Virus record (IMG/VR): IMGVR_UViG_2529292906_000010
DNA: 47,757 nt
Reading direction: 5' to 3' (one strand)
Origin: a virus
Taxonomy: Duplodnaviria; Heunggongvirae; Uroviricota; Caudoviricetes
Positions 45,702 to 47,757 of this stretch are shown here, one piece after another. Both the position numbers and the translations under genes were made by a program. The stretch's first letter is position 1. Each line of letters opens with the position of its first letter. The notes beneath the pieces were generated by a model. It worked only from the letters and a program-made list of their open reading frames with translations. It was not told the DNA's origin and made no database searches.

Positions 45702-47735
45702 GTGAGTAAATTATTATTTACGATGACTGACGCCGGGCGTCAGGAGTTGGTTAATGCCAACAAAACAGGAACAAATAAAGTTGAGATTGTTTCTGTTGGT
45801 TTAGGTGGTAGATATTATGTCACGTCAACCTCACAAACAAATATAACAAACGAAATAAAACGACTTACCACAATAGGTGGCAAAGTTGTTTCCCCTGATA
45901 CAATTCATGTAACGGCGAAGGATGATAGTAAAGATGAGTATGTTGTCCATACAATAGGATTGTATACAAATAAGGGAACGTTGTTTGCTGTATACTCGCA
46001 AGAACAAGCAATAATAAATAAAGCATCATCTACTATTGCTTTAATATCAAGTGACATAGCAATCAAGACTCTTGATACTAAAAATATTATATTTGGTGAT
46101 GTTGAGTTTATTAATCCTCCCGCGACCGAAACTGTTGTTGGGGTTGCAAGATTTGCTAATGAACAAGAAATTGATGCAGGTACAGATGATTCCCTTGCTG
46201 TTTCAGCAAAGCGGCTTAAGCAAGCCATTGTGAAACATGAGCAATCACGTAATCATCCTGATGCAACTTTAACCTCAAAAGGCTTTGTTCAACTTAGCAG
46301 CGCCACCAATAGCACGTCTGAAACGCTTGCTGCGACGCCTAAGGCTGTTAAGGCAGCATATGACCTGGCTAACGCTAAATACACCGCACAGGACGCTACC
46401 ACTGCGCGGAAAGGGATAGTTCAGCTCAGTAGCGCCACCAACAGCACGTCTGAAACGCTTGCGGCAACGCCAAAGGCTGTTAAGGCGGCATATGACCTGG
46501 CTAATGGCAAATACACCGCACAGGACGCTACCACTGCGCGGAAAGGGATAGTTCAGCTCAGTAGCGCCACCAACAGCACATCTGAAACGCTGGCTGCGAC
46601 GCCAAAAGCTGTTAAGGCGGTAATGGATGAAACGAACAAGAAAGCGCCCTTAAACAGTCCTGCGCTGACCGGAACGCCAACAACGCCAACTGCGCCAAAA
46701 GGGACTAATAATACTCAGATCGCAAGCACGGCTTATGTGATGGCCGCGATTGCCGCACTTGTAGACTCGTCGCCTGACGCACTGAATACGTTGAACGAGT
46801 TAGCGGCGGCGCTGGGAAACGACCCGAATTTTGCGACCACCATGACTAAAGCGCTTGCGGGTAAGCAACCGAAAGATGCCACTCTGACGGCGCTGGCCGG
46901 GCTTGCTACTGCGGCAGACAAGTTTCCGTATTTTACGGGGAATGATGTCGCCAGCCTGGCAACCCTGACAAAAGTCGGGCGGGATATTCTTGCGAAATCG
47001 ACCGTTGCCGCTGTTATCGAATACCTCGGTTTACGAGAACTCGGCACAAGCGGGGAAAAAATACCGTTACTCAGTACGGCGAATACCTGGACCAATCGAC
47101 AAACATTCAGTGGTGGCCTTTCTGGGGAACTGTCCGGCAATGCCGCTACTGCAACAAAGCTGAAAACAGCACGAAAAATTGCTGGAGTTGGTTTTGATGG
47201 TTCTAGCGATATTTCAATTAGTGCCAAAAATGTCAATGCATTTGCACTCCGACAAACAGGTAATACTGTTAATGGTGATACATCCGTTGGATGGAATTGG
47301 GATAGTGGTGCATATAACGCCATAATTGGTGGTGCAACTGCATTAATTCTTCACTTTAATATAAATGCTGGTAGCTGTCCTGCCGTACAATTCCGTGTGA
47401 ATTATAAAAATGGTGGCATTTCCTACAGGTCGGCTCGTGATGGTTATGGGTTTGAATTAGGTTGGTCAGATTTCTATACCACGACACGAAAACCTTCAGC
47501 AGGAGATGTTGGTGCATATACACAGGCAGAATGTAACTCAAGGTTTATTACAGGTATTCGCCTTGGCGGTCTGTCATCTGTTCAGACATGGAATGGTCCC
47601 GGCTGGTCTGACAGGTCAGGTTATGTCGTTACGGGTTCAGTTAACGGGAACCGTGATGAATTAATTGATACAACGCAGGCAAGGCCAATTCAGTATTGCA
47701 TTAATGGAAGGTGGTATAACGCGGGGAGTATTTAA
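45702..47735 (+). CDS. tail fibre protein (constant N-terminal part plus invertible C-terminal cassette from ~47040)
   Basis: 677 aa; three tandem ~44-aa fibre repeats; C-terminal 232 aa identical to the inverted cassette 791-1486. Confidence 0.9.
   Translation: MSKLLFTMTDAGRQELVNANKTGTNKVEIVSVGLGGRYYVTSTSQTNITNEIKRLTTIGGKVVSPDTIHVTAKDDSKDEYVVHTIGLYTNKGTLFAVYSQEQAIINKASSTIALISSDIAIKTLDTKNIIFGDVEFINPPATETVVGVARFANEQEIDAGTDDSLAVSAKRLKQAIVKHEQSRNHPDATLTSKGFVQLSSATNSTSETLAATPKAVKAAYDLANAKYTAQDATTARKGIVQLSSATNSTSETLAATPKAVKAAYDLANGKYTAQDATTARKGIVQLSSATNSTSETLAATPKAVKAVMDETNKKAPLNSPALTGTPTTPTAPKGTNNTQIASTAYVMAAIAALVDSSPDALNTLNELAAALGNDPNFATTMTKALAGKQPKDATLTALAGLATAADKFPYFTGNDVASLATLTKVGRDILAKSTVAAVIEYLGLRELGTSGEKIPLLSTANTWTNRQTFSGGLSGELSGNAATATKLKTARKIAGVGFDGSSDISISAKNVNAFALRQTGNTVNGDTSVGWNWDSGAYNAIIGGATALILHFNINAGSCPAVQFRVNYKNGGISYRSARDGYGFELGWSDFYTTTRKPSAGDVGAYTQAECNSRFITGIRLGGLSSVQTWNGPGWSDRSGYVVTGSVNGNRDELIDTTQARPIQYCINGRWYNAGSI
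46281..46620 (+). repeat. tandem 132-bp repeats within tail fibre gene (~2.6 copies)
   Basis: GGGATAGTTCAGCTCAGTAGCGCCACCAACAGCAC... recurs at 46413 and 46545. Confidence 0.7.
47014..47039. other. DNA invertase crossover site (gix/hix-like) inside tail fibre gene
   Basis: Reverse complement TTCTCGTAAACCGAGGTATTCGATAA; inverted-repeat identity with 769-1500 begins at 47026. Confidence 0.6.
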
Positions 47736-47737
47736 TT

Positions 47738-47757
47738 ATGATGCACTTAAAAAACAT
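47738..47757 (+). CDS. tail fibre assembly protein, first 6 codons (3' end outside window)
   Basis: ATGATGCACTTAAAAAAC identical to the start of the inverted Tfa at 788. Confidence 0.5.

Overview
The window reads as most or all of a ~48-kb temperate, contractile-tailed phage that also carries a plasmid-maintenance backbone (phage-plasmid-like). No tyrosine integrase or att site was found, only a small serine invertase. Left part (1-11.8 kb): a Hin/Gin-type tail-fibre inversion switch, an IncFII-type RepA replicon with an antisense-RNA-like control region and a DnaA box, a HigB/HigA-like toxin-antitoxin pair, an antirepressor locus with a structured upstream RNA region, a type-Ib ParA/ParG-like partition cassette, and a CI-type repressor with palindromic operators. 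From 11.9 kb to the end every gene is on the + strand: Cro-like regulator, Q-like antiterminator, accessory genes, lysis cassette (holin, GH108 endolysin, spanins), tRNA(CAU), orphan MT-A70 methyltransferase, a ParB/Srx-domain cluster, lambda-like packaging and head genes, P2/Mu-like tail and baseplate genes, and a repeat-containing tail fibre. Most notable are two dispersed regulatory repeat families (a TATAATTATA palindrome at 8 sites; a ~115-bp promoter-leader in 3 near-identical copies), a CI-type operator palindrome that recurs upstream of repA, the same tail-fibre cassette in opposite orientation at both window ends, and single-base frame disruptions in the portal and tape-measure genes. 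All calls rest on reading the sequence and ORF translations by eye; no database search or alignment was run.
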